Source: a virus
Length of the DNA stretch: 64,000 bases
Strand: one strand, 5' to 3'
IMG/VR virus record: IMGVR_UViG_3300047560_001714
Span: 64,001-128,000 of that record
Shown here: positions 46,358 to 58,100 of the stretch, one piece after another
How the letters are laid out: the number at the start of each line of letters is the position of its first letter
Position numbering within the stretch: position 1 is the stretch's first letter
The notes under the pieces: model-generated
Seen by the model: only the letters and a program-made list of their open reading frames with translations
The model's database searches: none
Told to the model about the DNA's origin: nothing
Program-made: the position numbers and the translations under genes

Positions 46358-47215
46358 ATGACACAATGCCCCAATAACGACACCCTCTCTGAATTAAAAC
46401 TAAGGAGTCCATTACTAGCGAAAACTCCATCAGACATACTGTATTACAGTAACATGCAAAATCGAGCCGAATTAGCTCAAGGTTTCCCACCACCGGGATT
46501 TCACACGTTTATAAACACACAAGAAAAAAACAGAAGTAATAGTAACTGGGAAGAGCCATTCTCGTATTATATCAATGAGCTCGGCTTTAGAGGTAATTAT
46601 CCCCGAACTGATATAAAAAATATTATAGGATTTTTTGGATGTAGTTGTACATTTGGTGAAGGATTGCCAGAAACTAGGCTCTTTTCATCTATTGTCGGAT
46701 CACACAGAAATTATCCGATACTTAATTTAGGAATGCCAGGTACTGGATGTCATCGAATTGCCATGACTTTTTCGGCTGCTGCAAACATATGGAAAATAGA
46801 TACTGCTATAGTAACATTACCGAATTACAGCCGATTTAATTATGTATCTAAATACAATTTAATGTATTCGATTTTACCAGCACATCCTACTATGCCCGAT
46901 GAAGCTGAAACTGTTAGGCTTGACCTTGTTAAACATTTTAGTGAAGAATATTTTATATCTGCGGCTAAAGATGCGATTACATGGATCGTTACAACTGCAC
47001 GTCAGAAAAAGATTAAACTCATCTTAGGTTCTTGGGATCCGCATACATTAAAAATAATCGAAACTGTAACTGAATACAACCCACCCTTTTTTAATATGTA
47101 CCCTATAGGTTCTACACCTGCTAGAGATACGATTCATCCAGGAACTGCGGCTAACCGGATGTATGCAGAAACGCTAATAAATTACATGGATAACACCAAC
47201 TATGTGCAGACCTGA
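46358..47215 (+). CDS. SGNH/GDSL-like hypothetical protein
   Basis: Y.INELGFRG, FFGCSCTFG, NLG.PG, D..HPG. Confidence 0.65.
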   Translation: MTQCPNNDTLSELKLRSPLLAKTPSDILYYSNMQNRAELAQGFPPPGFHTFINTQEKNRSNSNWEEPFSYYINELGFRGNYPRTDIKNIIGFFGCSCTFGEGLPETRLFSSIVGSHRNYPILNLGMPGTGCHRIAMTFSAAANIWKIDTAIVTLPNYSRFNYVSKYNLMYSILPAHPTMPDEAETVRLDLVKHFSEEYFISAAKDAITWIVTTARQKKIKLILGSWDPHTLKIIETVTEYNPPFFNMYPIGSTPARDTIHPGTAANRMYAETLINYMDNTNYVQT

Positions 47216-48020
47216 TAAAATAAGTATCGCTATAATTACATTTCATAATGACTTTGAGTTGCTAAAAAAATTATTAAATTCAATATATGCTTACTGGGAC
47301 CCGGTAGAAATAGATTCTATTAAAATTGTATTAAATGACGGTCCTGAATATTACTCTCAATTTAATGAGTTAATCGACGAGGTCACGGTTCCTGACTTTA
47401 AAATAGATAAAGTATTCCATTATGAATTAGCACCAAAAGTATTTTTGTTAAATTGGACTAGCCAACAATTATTTAAATGTGTAATATCTAAAAAAATTAC
47501 AACAGAATGGTATTTAATAAACGATTGTAAAGATACTTATAATGCTCCTACCGGAATTACCGATTGCTTTACTCAAGACGGAAAAGCTATAATGCATCTC
47601 GATCACAATCGGTATACCGATCAAAATGAACCAATGACTCATTGGGGGTTTGGACCGTTTAGTTCGGCATTTCGAAACTCGTGTCTTCTTTTTAATGTTG
47701 ACCCCGAAGATTGTAAAAATTATCACTTACCATTTTTAACTCCGTTTTTAGTTAAAACATCTATGATGCAAGATATGGTACAAGATGTTAAAAGTATGAT
47801 GCAAGGAATGTTTCCGTTTTTATTTGCGATAAATCTTGACGGTGCGTTCTTTGTAACTGAATTTTTACTATACAACGCATATTGTTATTCAAAAAACAAA
47901 TTAACTGATTATGCCGACTGGGAGATAAATTATCGAAAATTTTTTAGTTCGGTGAGCCAATCTATTGAACAACGGAGTACAACTGGGGTTAGGATTATGG
48001 ATTTTTCTAGAAATGAGTAA
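47202..48020 (+). CDS. Hypothetical, glycosyltransferase-like
   Basis: W..QQLFK, TPF, TEFLLY..Y. Confidence 0.5.
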   Translation: MCRPDKISIAIITFHNDFELLKKLLNSIYAYWDPVEIDSIKIVLNDGPEYYSQFNELIDEVTVPDFKIDKVFHYELAPKVFLLNWTSQQLFKCVISKKITTEWYLINDCKDTYNAPTGITDCFTQDGKAIMHLDHNRYTDQNEPMTHWGFGPFSSAFRNSCLLFNVDPEDCKNYHLPFLTPFLVKTSMMQDMVQDVKSMMQGMFPFLFAINLDGAFFVTEFLLYNAYCYSKNKLTDYADWEINYRKFFSSVSQSIEQRSTTGVRIMDFSRNE

Positions 48021-48816
48021 ACTTTTATTAAATCAACTGCAACCATCAAAAATACAAATCACTGACTTGTACATTTTAAATCATTTTGTGCATTGTTATT
48101 CACGCATGAATAATTTATTGGGTAAATCTTATTCAACTCGTGAATTGCTTCTTAGCGAGCCAAATGCAGTAAACGATCCTTGGGAGTATCGAATAAATCA
48201 ATATGGATATCGCGGCGACGATTGGGAATTCACATCGCCAACCATACCATTTTTTGGATGTAGCTTTGTATTTGGAATTGGTGTAAACATTCCGGTTTCT
48301 GAATTAGTTCAATCTCGTATTAACGTGCCATGTTATAATTTAGGTCAACCAGGTGCAAATATTCTTAATATTTTAAAAACATTTATATCATTTAATAATA
48401 TATTTCCGACTACGTATGCTATTATTGTATTACCTGGATTTCACAGACTTCATTTACCTAAATATAACGATATAACTAGAGAATGGGAATATCATAATAT
48501 CCATCCCATGCATGGGAGACTATTCGATGAATCAATAAGAATTATTACATCGGATGTTATATTAACATACGTTATTGATTACATAGATTGGGCATCTGCA
48601 CAAGCCCAAAAGTCTAATACAACAATTCTTTGGTCGGCATGGGATTCTGAAGTATTTGAACTGTTATGTGAGTTGTTTCCAAAAGAATATGTTTTTGACC
48701 CACCAAACCAAGTTGATTACGGACGAGACGCCGGACACTATGGACCAATTACTGTAAAGAACTGGGCAGATATTATATGTAATAAGTATCAGACACAACC
48801 ACCTGAATCAATATGA
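48013..48816 (+). CDS. SGNH/GDSL-like hypothetical protein
   Basis: YRINQYGYRG, FFGCSFVFG, NLGQPG, D..HYG; paralog of 46358..47215. Confidence 0.65.
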   Translation: MSKLLLNQLQPSKIQITDLYILNHFVHCYSRMNNLLGKSYSTRELLLSEPNAVNDPWEYRINQYGYRGDDWEFTSPTIPFFGCSFVFGIGVNIPVSELVQSRINVPCYNLGQPGANILNILKTFISFNNIFPTTYAIIVLPGFHRLHLPKYNDITREWEYHNIHPMHGRLFDESIRIITSDVILTYVIDYIDWASAQAQKSNTTILWSAWDSEVFELLCELFPKEYVFDPPNQVDYGRDAGHYGPITVKNWADIICNKYQTQPPESI

Positions 48817-50087
48817 CTATACAAATTAACTCAATTAAAACATTTAAAAAAACAGTTTGTCCAATACCTTGGATGCATTTAGCATTCGAACCAAGTGGTA
48901 AAGTTATTCCTTGTTGTTTAACCTCAGTTCATAATTACTTTGCTGGAGACCTCACCACTCAATCTATTGATGAAATCTGGAATAGTGATAATATGAAACA
49001 ACTTCGCAAACAGATGATTAATGGTGTTAAACCAGATGTATGTCGTAAATGTTTTGAACGGGAAGCAGTTACGGGTGAAAGTAGTAGAATACATCATGAA
49101 AGATATTTCCCAGATGTAATTGAACGCATACCAGAAATTACACTAGAAGATGGAACTTGTACTGAAATGAAACTTAAATATTGGGACTTTCGTTTTAGTA
49201 ACTTATGCAATTTCAAATGTCGTAGTTGTTGTGCCAGATACAGTTCATCTTGGGTACCAGATGCAAAAAAACTTGGATTAATTAATGAACAAGAAAAAGT
49301 ATGGTATATACAATCAGTCAATGAACGCGCAAATTTTGATTTTCTAGCAGAACAAGTGAAATATGTTGAAAAGATTTACTTTGCCGGTGGTGAGCCATTA
49401 TTAATGGATGAACATTGGCAAATATTAGACATGTTAACTGAAAATAAACGGTTTGATGTGACTTTAAATTATAATACTAACTGTTCGACATTAACTCATA
49501 ACAACAAAAATGTGATTGATTATTGGAAACAATGGGATTTTGGTAAAATAGAAATATGGGCTAGCATTGATGAAATTGGTGAACGTGCTGAGTTAATTCG
49601 TTCTGGTACTGTTTGGAGTAAGGTTGAAGAAAATCTTAAAGAATTAACAAAGTATGATAACATAATTGTAAAACCAGGTATTACCGTTGGCGCTTGGAAT
49701 GTTTCTAGACTACCAGAAATAATCACCTATTTAAATGAACTAGGTGTACTAAGAGAAAAACTTTATTATAGTAATTTTTTTATAAATTTAATAGAACACC
49801 CAACATATTATCATGTTCACATTCTCCCAGCAGATACTAGAAAAGATATTGTGAATAAACTGGAATCATTTATCCTGGATTATAACACCAACTATAATAC
49901 TAATATTACTAACTTATTTACACATATAATTCATGAATTAAAAAAACCACAATCGTTCAACGATACTAAGAGATTTGTATCTCTTACTGACAAACTTGAC
50001 AATATACGAGATGAAGATTTGTATAAAATAATACCAGAAATGCAAGTATTACTTCCACAGATTGAACCACCAAACAATGACATCTAA
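48813..50087 (+). CDS. Radical SAM protein (SPASM/twitch)
   Basis: CPIPW..PCC, CNFKCRSC, AGGEP. Confidence 0.9.
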   Translation: MTIQINSIKTFKKTVCPIPWMHLAFEPSGKVIPCCLTSVHNYFAGDLTTQSIDEIWNSDNMKQLRKQMINGVKPDVCRKCFEREAVTGESSRIHHERYFPDVIERIPEITLEDGTCTEMKLKYWDFRFSNLCNFKCRSCCARYSSSWVPDAKKLGLINEQEKVWYIQSVNERANFDFLAEQVKYVEKIYFAGGEPLLMDEHWQILDMLTENKRFDVTLNYNTNCSTLTHNNKNVIDYWKQWDFGKIEIWASIDEIGERAELIRSGTVWSKVEENLKELTKYDNIIVKPGITVGAWNVSRLPEIITYLNELGVLREKLYYSNFFINLIEHPTYYHVHILPADTRKDIVNKLESFILDYNTNYNTNITNLFTHIIHELKKPQSFNDTKRFVSLTDKLDNIRDEDLYKIIPEMQVLLPQIEPPNNDI

Positions 50088-51315
50088 AATATGCCCAATA
50101 CCTTGGGTTCACTTAAATATTGATCCAAACGGGGATGTATATCCTTGTTGTCTAATGTCACATACTGGATACATCGTTGGGAATGTACATTCCCAACCAA
50201 TTTCACAAATATGGAACAGCGATGGTATGAAAACATTGCGAAAACAATTCATGAATGGTGAGGAACCTAGTGTTTGTTCTACCTGTTTTGATAGAGAACG
50301 GGTTACTGGTGTAAGTAATAGGATACATAGACTTAGAAATTTTCAAAACACCATTGATAATGTTTCATCTACCACACTCCCAGATGGTACCTGCACTGAA
50401 ATGCAACTAAAATATTGGGATTTTCGTTTTAGTAATTTGTGTAATTTTAAATGTCGAAGTTGCGGTCCGAAATACAGTTCATCATGGATACCAGATGCGG
50501 TAAAACTTGGAAGATCAACCTCTGATTCAAAAGTTACACAAGTATCCTCGATTTATGATATTAATACATATGAATTTCTTGAATCCCAAATTGAATACGT
50601 TGAGAGAATCTATTTTGCGGGTGGCGAACCCCTACTAATGGCTGAACATTGGCAAATTCTAAAATTATTGTTTAAACGTAAGAAATTCGATGTTGAAATA
50701 ATGTATAATACAAATTGTTCGACTCTTACCTTCGGTGGTGAACACGCAATAGATTATTGGAAACATTGGCAGTTCAAAAAATTAGATATTTCCGCTAGTA
50801 TTGACGAAATCGGTGTTCGGGCAGAGTTAATTCGGTCGGGAACTAATTGGAAAAAAGTTGAAGCTAATTTAATAACCATTACTAAACATGAAAATATCAT
50901 TATTCGCCCGAGTATAACAGTTGGTGCGTGGAATGTATTCCGATTACCAGAAATACTAACTCATTTGGTTGATATCGGAGTCATTAAACATTACGAAAAC
51001 CTAGCAAAGTATACTAATTTTCACTTAAACTTACTACAATATCCATCCCACTATCATGTAAGTATTCTTCCAAATGAATACAAAGATGAAATTATTATTA
51101 AACTAACCAATTTCATATCAGAGTTTAATAGTATGTATGAAACAGAAATCGACAGTATGTTTTTACAGATTTTTCATGAATTATCAAAACCATTTGATGA
51201 GACTGCGGCAAAATCTTTCATCAAATTATCAACGACACTTGATAACGTAAGAAATGAAAATATATTTACTATTATACCGGAATTAAATGTCATAAAGGAA
51301 TATATTGACAACTAA
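50077..51315 (+). CDS. Radical SAM protein (tandem paralog of 48813..50087)
   Basis: Shared LKYWDFRFSNLCNFKCRSC, YFAGGEPLLM.EHWQIL, ASIDEIG.RAELIRSGT.W.KVE. Confidence 0.9.
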   Translation: MTSKICPIPWVHLNIDPNGDVYPCCLMSHTGYIVGNVHSQPISQIWNSDGMKTLRKQFMNGEEPSVCSTCFDRERVTGVSNRIHRLRNFQNTIDNVSSTTLPDGTCTEMQLKYWDFRFSNLCNFKCRSCGPKYSSSWIPDAVKLGRSTSDSKVTQVSSIYDINTYEFLESQIEYVERIYFAGGEPLLMAEHWQILKLLFKRKKFDVEIMYNTNCSTLTFGGEHAIDYWKHWQFKKLDISASIDEIGVRAELIRSGTNWKKVEANLITITKHENIIIRPSITVGAWNVFRLPEILTHLVDIGVIKHYENLAKYTNFHLNLLQYPSHYHVSILPNEYKDEIIIKLTNFISEFNSMYETEIDSMFLQIFHELSKPFDETAAKSFIKLSTTLDNVRNENIFTIIPELNVIKEYIDN

Positions 51316-51361
51316 TATAACGAATGGTATACTATATATAATAACTTAAATTGGAAATTGT

Positions 51362-52573
51362 ATGGCCAAAATTAAAAAACAAACTATATCGTTAGCTAAA
51401 AAACCAAAAAAATCAAAAATCACATCGGTTACAATTAGAGAAAATAGAGGTAAAGATTTTAGTCCAGTATGGACGGACGTTGACTCAATGACTGCACCGG
51501 AATATTTACTGCATTTTCAAACATCAATGCAATATTACAATATTCAATTCAATAGTAAAGATCTAAAACCCGCTGTACTTAAATGGATGGAACTTAATGC
51601 ATATGAACCTAAACTAATCCAAGAATTTAAGAAAACCAAAGATTGGCGATGTGGAACAACTATGGGTGCATTGGCGAGTTGTCTTTTAAGAGGTATGCCT
51701 GAGAAACGGGATGATTTTAACAAAGGCAGATGTGCAAAAGAATGGTTAAATAACGCAATTTATTCTGTAATTGAAGATAGTAAAGATGACATCGATGAGG
51801 ATGATGGTGAAAAGCCCGTAACTAAACAACAACCATCTATTCAAGAACGTGTAAAAGACGCAACCATCAGAATGGCGGAAGGGATTGAAGAAATAATTGA
51901 TAATTGGATCAATAATCCAGATAGTATAGATTTAAAACAGATAAAAATACTGAATATACTTAAAAGCAATGATGCTAAACCAGCCCACGCCAGAATTATC
52001 AAAGATTTCTATTCATCTGGGCTAAAAGAAATAACGGAATTACTAACAGAACCAGATGAACAGTTAAAAGAAGCATATCAACATAGAACAAAGAAGCAAT
52101 TAAACACATTATTATCATTATATAAAGAAATAGATGCTGCGTGTACTATGTTAATGGAAGAAGCCAAGCTTACCCGCGCCCCACGTGCAAAAAAAGCTGT
52201 TTCAAAGGACAAGATAGTCGAAAAATTAAAGTATTTGAAGACTTATGAACCCTTAAAATTAGTATCAATCAATCCAACCGATATTATTAATAGTAAAGAA
52301 CTATGGATTTTTAATACTAAGACTAGAAAACTAGGCAAATATGTGGCGGATGAATTAACTGGGCCGCTCACCATCAAAGGTACCACAATAATTGGCTACG
52401 ATGAACATAAAAGTATTCAAAAAACTATTAGAAAACCTGCTGAAAAACTATCTGAGTTTAAGACCGCCGGAAAAATTGCACTGAGAAAGTTTTTGGACGA
52501 TATAAATGCGACAGATACCAAGTTAAACGGTCGTATAAATGAAGAAATTATCTTGTTAAAAACCGCATCTTAG
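51362..52573 (+). CDS. Phage hypothetical protein
   Basis: Promoter at 51306; long ORF with no recognised catalytic motif. Confidence 0.7.
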   Translation: MAKIKKQTISLAKKPKKSKITSVTIRENRGKDFSPVWTDVDSMTAPEYLLHFQTSMQYYNIQFNSKDLKPAVLKWMELNAYEPKLIQEFKKTKDWRCGTTMGALASCLLRGMPEKRDDFNKGRCAKEWLNNAIYSVIEDSKDDIDEDDGEKPVTKQQPSIQERVKDATIRMAEGIEEIIDNWINNPDSIDLKQIKILNILKSNDAKPAHARIIKDFYSSGLKEITELLTEPDEQLKEAYQHRTKKQLNTLLSLYKEIDAACTMLMEEAKLTRAPRAKKAVSKDKIVEKLKYLKTYEPLKLVSINPTDIINSKELWIFNTKTRKLGKYVADELTGPLTIKGTTIIGYDEHKSIQKTIRKPAEKLSEFKTAGKIALRKFLDDINATDTKLNGRINEEIILLKTAS

Positions 52574-52634
52574 AATGTCGTATAAAGAGTTATGATAATA
52601 ACGCATAAATACAAGAAATGCGAGATAAAATAAC

Positions 52635-54104
52635 ATGACTCAAATACTTAATATCAAAGATGACAAGGTAATCGTCGAAAAACTAGTTGTATCTAGCCTA
52701 GAAGGTCCGATTGTATTACCAGATCAGTTACAAATCGGTGGATCTATATCATTAGGTGGTAACTTAACTGTTGCTAATACGATCACGGCCGATACAATAC
52801 AAGTAAAAAACTTAATTACAGATAATGGCCCAATTTATGACATTGGAAATTGGGCCACTAATACCGAATCTGAGCTTAATGGCAAAGGATTCTCATGGGC
52901 ATATGGCGATGGCTGTACACAATTGATGTATCGTTCAGGGAATACCTTATGGACCAACGCAAACCTAGATATTAGTCCAGAATCCTCGTATAATATAGAT
53001 GGTACACCTATTATTACGCTGAACACACTGGGTTCGACCATAATTAATAGTAATTTACGCAAGGTTGGACCTTTAAATTCGTTAAATGTCATCGGTGATA
53101 CCTCAATTGGTGAATTTCTATATGTAAATACCACATTTAATCGAGTTGGTATAGGTACGGATGAACCCTCCGCATCTATTACCATTATAGACAACGATGT
53201 TGAAATTGGAATTGGTAGTCACCAATTCGGTTCAGCGTCAATTGGTACATATTCAAATCATAATTTAGAACTTGTCACTGATGGTATACCAAGAATTCAA
53301 ATAGCAAGAAATGGTGACATCCATTTTGGTAATTCGACCACAAATGATAGTGTTGTAAAAATTCATGGCACCTTATATGCCAATAGCATTGTATCAGACG
53401 CCCATTCGATTGAATTTACCGCAACACCATCTAATCCAATCTACGGGAAAGGATTATTATGGATTGGGGATGGTGAAACCAAATATTTGGTACTAGAACC
53501 TGACCCAGTTAGGCTGCATTCATCAATTTCAATCGATTTATCACCAGATCAAGCCTATTATATTAATAACGCCCCTGTTTTAACCTCGGAAGGGCTAGGT
53601 AATGGTATTGTTCATTCTAATTTAGAACAAGTAGGGGTACTACGGTCACTACGTGTCAATGGTGAAGGCAATATTACAACACTTATATCTGAAAATATTG
53701 CCATATGTGGTGAAACCAATGTACTAAACATATCAACGACCGGTATTACCTCGGATGGCGCTATCACAATTCAATCAAACACCAAACCAGTACTATTTGC
53801 AGACGAAACCCAGATTATTTTAGGTGAACTTAGTACAAAATCCAGACCAGTTAAGATATTTGGTCAGTTGTCAGTTGGTGTTAACAACCCGGACCCAAGT
53901 ATTAGTTTATCGGTACAAGGAAACATAAGCTTCGCTAATAAAAAATTCATTACCGGCACTGAACCGCCCATTTCTGGGATATATTACAAAGGTGACATTT
54001 GCTGGCACTCTAATCCATCAGAGGAAGGGAACGTCGGCTGGATTTGTATTCTTGATGGTACCCCTGGGGAATGGAGAATGTTTGGCACCATCGGGACACA
54101 ATGA
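52635..54104 (+). CDS. Virion structural protein (beta-rich, tail-fibre-like)
   Basis: Late promoter motif at 52604; RVGIGT..P, GD..W...P....GW.C...GTPG.W..FG C-terminus. Confidence 0.65.
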   Translation: MTQILNIKDDKVIVEKLVVSSLEGPIVLPDQLQIGGSISLGGNLTVANTITADTIQVKNLITDNGPIYDIGNWATNTESELNGKGFSWAYGDGCTQLMYRSGNTLWTNANLDISPESSYNIDGTPIITLNTLGSTIINSNLRKVGPLNSLNVIGDTSIGEFLYVNTTFNRVGIGTDEPSASITIIDNDVEIGIGSHQFGSASIGTYSNHNLELVTDGIPRIQIARNGDIHFGNSTTNDSVVKIHGTLYANSIVSDAHSIEFTATPSNPIYGKGLLWIGDGETKYLVLEPDPVRLHSSISIDLSPDQAYYINNAPVLTSEGLGNGIVHSNLEQVGVLRSLRVNGEGNITTLISENIAICGETNVLNISTTGITSDGAITIQSNTKPVLFADETQIILGELSTKSRPVKIFGQLSVGVNNPDPSISLSVQGNISFANKKFITGTEPPISGIYYKGDICWHSNPSEEGNVGWICILDGTPGEWRMFGTIGTQ

Positions 54105-54442
54105 AAGAAATAGAAAATATAATTTTAAAACGAGAACTATCTATTAATGAAATTAATGATAGAAGACGTCGATGGCTATATGCTAGTTCGTTAGTATTCT
54201 TTACATTAGTTGTAACCATATTTAAATGGCCAAGTATTTCCGACATACATGAACCATCAATATGGTGGGTTGTTGTTGCAGTTCTCTTAGTGGTTAGTGT
54301 TAATTGGTGGTATTGGACATTACATGTTATTAACACATTACTAGAAAATCAACGATCCCAAATTGAGGTATTAAAAGTAATAATAGATAATTTACATGAA
54401 ATAGAGCACGATATTAACGATGATAATAAAAAAGGGGCATAA
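54101..54442 (+). CDS. Two-TM membrane protein
   Basis: Two hydrophobic segments. Confidence 0.6.
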   Translation: MKEIENIILKRELSINEINDRRRRWLYASSLVFFTLVVTIFKWPSISDIHEPSIWWVVVAVLLVVSVNWWYWTLHVINTLLENQRSQIEVLKVIIDNLHEIEHDINDDNKKGA

Positions 54443-54454
54443 CGCCCCTTTTTT
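54428..54454. terminator. Bidirectional intrinsic terminator
   Basis: A6-GGGGC-ATAAC-GCCCC-T6 between convergent genes. Confidence 0.85.
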
Positions 54455-54788
54455 ATTTTTTCGCTTTAGTACGAGGTTTTTTTACAGGTGGTTCATTAAC
54501 AATACTAACCACCTCGGCTGATACTGTCTCCACTTTTTTTCGTGTTTTACGAGTTTTAGGGGCAGTCTCGGTAATTGGTTCCACCGTTTCTTTTGGTTTA
54601 GGTGTACGCGGCTTGCTTACCGCTTTGACTGGTTTCTCGACTGCAGCAACCGTTGGTTTAGCTGCTTTCGGGCTTGATACGCCTGGTTTTTTAGTAACAG
54701 CCACTTTTTTTACTTTCTTTGGTGGTACTGGGGCAGGCGTTGGTGCAGGTAGCAACTTACCAAACAATCTTTTTATAAAATTAAACAT
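54453..54788 (-). CDS. K/P/A-rich basic (histone H1-like) protein
   Basis: Low-complexity PKK/KPR repeats. Confidence 0.6.
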   Translation of the reverse strand: MFNFIKRLFGKLLPAPTPAPVPPKKVKKVAVTKKPGVSSPKAAKPTVAAVEKPVKAVSKPRTPKPKETVEPITETAPKTRKTRKKVETVSAEVVSIVNEPPVKKPRTKAKK

Positions 54789-54817
54789 ATTATTCTCCTT
54801 TTCGTATTTATTAAATA

Positions 54818-55108
54818 CTAATTTAACTTATCTATCGTTTTGAGAGAACTAACCGGTAAATCCCAAATATTTTTATTCTCAACCCCTTTTTGTTGAGCAA
54901 ATCTTTTGGAATCACAACTATGACATACGTGATAAACATTATTGTTTAAGCGTTTTGGATCCATTTTTCCGCGTTCACGATTAAACGTGCAACCACAACT
55001 GTCACATCTAAAAGTAATAATCCTCTTTTGACGAGTATATGTGTGTTCCTTTCCTAATTTACTTTTTCTAACATAATTAGAAACAATATATTCGGTTTTA
55101 ATAATCAT
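54818..55108 (-). CDS. Zn-ribbon protein
   Basis: CDSC and CHSC. Confidence 0.7.
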   Translation of the reverse strand: MIIKTEYIVSNYVRKSKLGKEHTYTRQKRIITFRCDSCGCTFNRERGKMDPKRLNNNVYHVCHSCDSKRFAQQKGVENKNIWDLPVSSLKTIDKLN

Positions 55109-55183
55109 ACCTTTATTTATTTACATTAAGATTATAAAAAATTGTTGCTAAATACCTAATAATAATACCACGAGGTGTAACAA

Positions 55184-58100
55184 ATGACAAAACAGGTAAT
55201 TGATATTGGTGTACAGGGGAATGATGGAACTGGTGACAGTATTCGTGAATCATTCAGAAAAGTAAACGAAAATTTTGATGAAATATATGCTATATTTGGG
55301 GCAAGTGGCACGATTTCATTCTCTAGTTTACAAGATGGCGTTGCATATGATGCAAATCAACTCATTATGGGGGACTCAACTGGGGGGACTTTATCCGCGA
55401 GAGATTTAATTGCGGGGGTTGGTATAGAAATTGAACAAAGTGATACCGATTTAACTATTTCTGCAGCTGCAGCAAATTTACAATCAGACCATACCCCATC
55501 ATTATCAGGACCATTAAATGCTTCTGGGGTAACCATCGGCAACCTTAGATATCCATCCGTTGAAGCAGTCAATGATTATAACGCAGTATGGGCACCTAAC
55601 ACAACCACAATTGAACAACTACCAGCAACTGTTGGATATACAAATAACACGTTTGTTGCTAAAACAACAGATGGAATCGTTGGTACTATAACAACTGATG
55701 GAATCATCGAGGCACCATTACGTGTTAGAGATGAACCAATCTTAGCGGATACAACTGATCCCACCTACGATGATACCTTACTTGGAAACTATCTATCAAA
55801 TGAAGTAATGCCTAGAAAAGACACCGTTCGTCGTTCTGGCGACACCATGACTGGTGTTTTGACATTGAGTGATCATCCTGCACCACTTAGTGGGTACGGT
55901 ACGCCATTAAATGCGGACGATCTTCAAGCTGCAACCAAGTTTTATGTTAATAATAGCACGTTTTCTAGTAATATTAACTTATATGTTTCTGCATCAACTG
56001 GTGATGATCTACAAACGAATACACCTCCTGGTAAAGAAGGTAGATTTTGGAACTATGCTTATAAATCATTAGGTGCCGCCGCATTACAAGCTGATAACTT
56101 AATGGAACTTGCTAGTCAAGAACCTGGCCCATATCGCCAACGACTATCATATACAATTGGTGCCGATCAATCTTTTTCAACTGTACAATCAGCTACGTTA
56201 TCTGGTGGGAATGTTGCATTATCTGGATATACGGATGCATATGATCTATTACTAGCAAATAAGTCATTTATCCAATCTGAAGTTATTGCATATATTAACA
56301 AAAAATATGTAAATGATTTCAAATATGATAAAGTTAAATGTCAACGTGACGTTCAGTTAATTTTAAGTGCAATTGGGGACGACTTACTATTTGGAACGAC
56401 CTTCAATTCAACCCGTGCTGCAAACGAGTATTTTAATGCAACATCCGCAAAAGTCATAACAAATCAACTTGCACAAACTATAGATGCCATAAATTTTGTA
56501 AAAAATCAAGTGTTAGGGTTTTCTTACAACAATACTAACGTAATAACCTATGTTACTAATGTAATGACTGCATTAAAATACGATGTTGTATTTTTAGGAA
56601 ACTATCAAAGTATTCAAGTTGCTAGACAATTTGCATCGGCCGGAACTAACCTTGGTGTAACAGAAATTACTGGTATCTTAAATGATATTTCTGATAAATT
56701 AGAAGTTTTGCCAACTATAGCTGCATCGGCACAAATTGTTGGGAACGTAAAATCAAATATTCAAAGCATAATTGATATAATAACCGATGGATTTTACCCA
56801 ACTTTCTTATTCCCAGAAAAACCAAATACCACAATTGGCCAACTAAGTTCACGCGACTTAATTATTAATAATATTGAATTTATCCAAGCTGAATTAATCG
56901 GATATTTCAACGCGGAATATCCAACCTTGTTTATATCCCGTGAAACCATATCTTTAGAAATAGAAAAATTAGTATATGATATTGTTTATGATGTTTTATA
57001 TGGTGGAAACACCCAATCCCTAAACTGGGCAACATACCAAGGGTTATCAGCCAATACCGCAGCAGTGGCCGGGGCGTTGACATACGTTAACACATTAATG
57101 CAAGGTATTATTAATTCAACCACCCTTGTTGTATACCAACAAGGTGTAAAACAGTACCGTAATGAAACTTATGTCGGGGCAGAAACAACGTCGTCCGCTA
57201 TTTCAACTAGTATTACGTTAATTAAAAACAAGATTGTAAACAATACGTCCCCAACTATAGTTTATCCTATATATACAGACGTTGGCGATATATTAACTAA
57301 TGCATTCAATTCTATTACCACTAATACTAGCATATATGCACAAGCTGCAGGTGTTTATATTAATACCCATTATCCATCTGTAAATGATCCAGTAGTATTG
57401 ACAACAATAACAAATCTATTTGATATAATGATCGATGGGTTAACACTTGGTACCACATCGGTGCCAACTTATACTAGCCCAGCTGGAACTATGCCTGGCG
57501 TTACCCATGCTAGAGACGCATTATTGGCAAATCTATCATTTATCTCGGATGAGGTATCAGGATGGATTGCAACAACATACCCAACTTTTACTTATAACGG
57601 AAACCCAGTCACCGGATTGGCTAAATCTAAGCGTGATATTGCTTATATAATCGAAGCTATTTGTTATGATATTACATATGGTGGGACCACTGGAAACTCA
57701 GCAACTGTACACGCAAGTAATCAATATTGGACTGAGAATCCAACCAATGTATTCACATTAAATCTGATATCACCAGCTATATGCAGTGCAGCTCTTACAT
57801 ATATGCAAGGAATAGTTAAGTCCGTTGCAAAAAATGAAACAGTTACAACAACACACACCGCAACCCCTCAAGTACGCAATAGTGTTTGGGCGGATGGTAT
57901 CGCAGTGGCCTCACATACAGATACCTTGATCCAAATAATTGTAAATAGTATCGGTGGAACTCGTACCACAACCGCAATCGAACCAGTTACAACCGGATAC
58001 GATGATAACAACCTTGCGGTTCGTGCATTAATCAATACCAATGCAGCTACTATTGCGCAAAATACCACCAATTACTTGGATGATACTTATAAAGGTGGGT

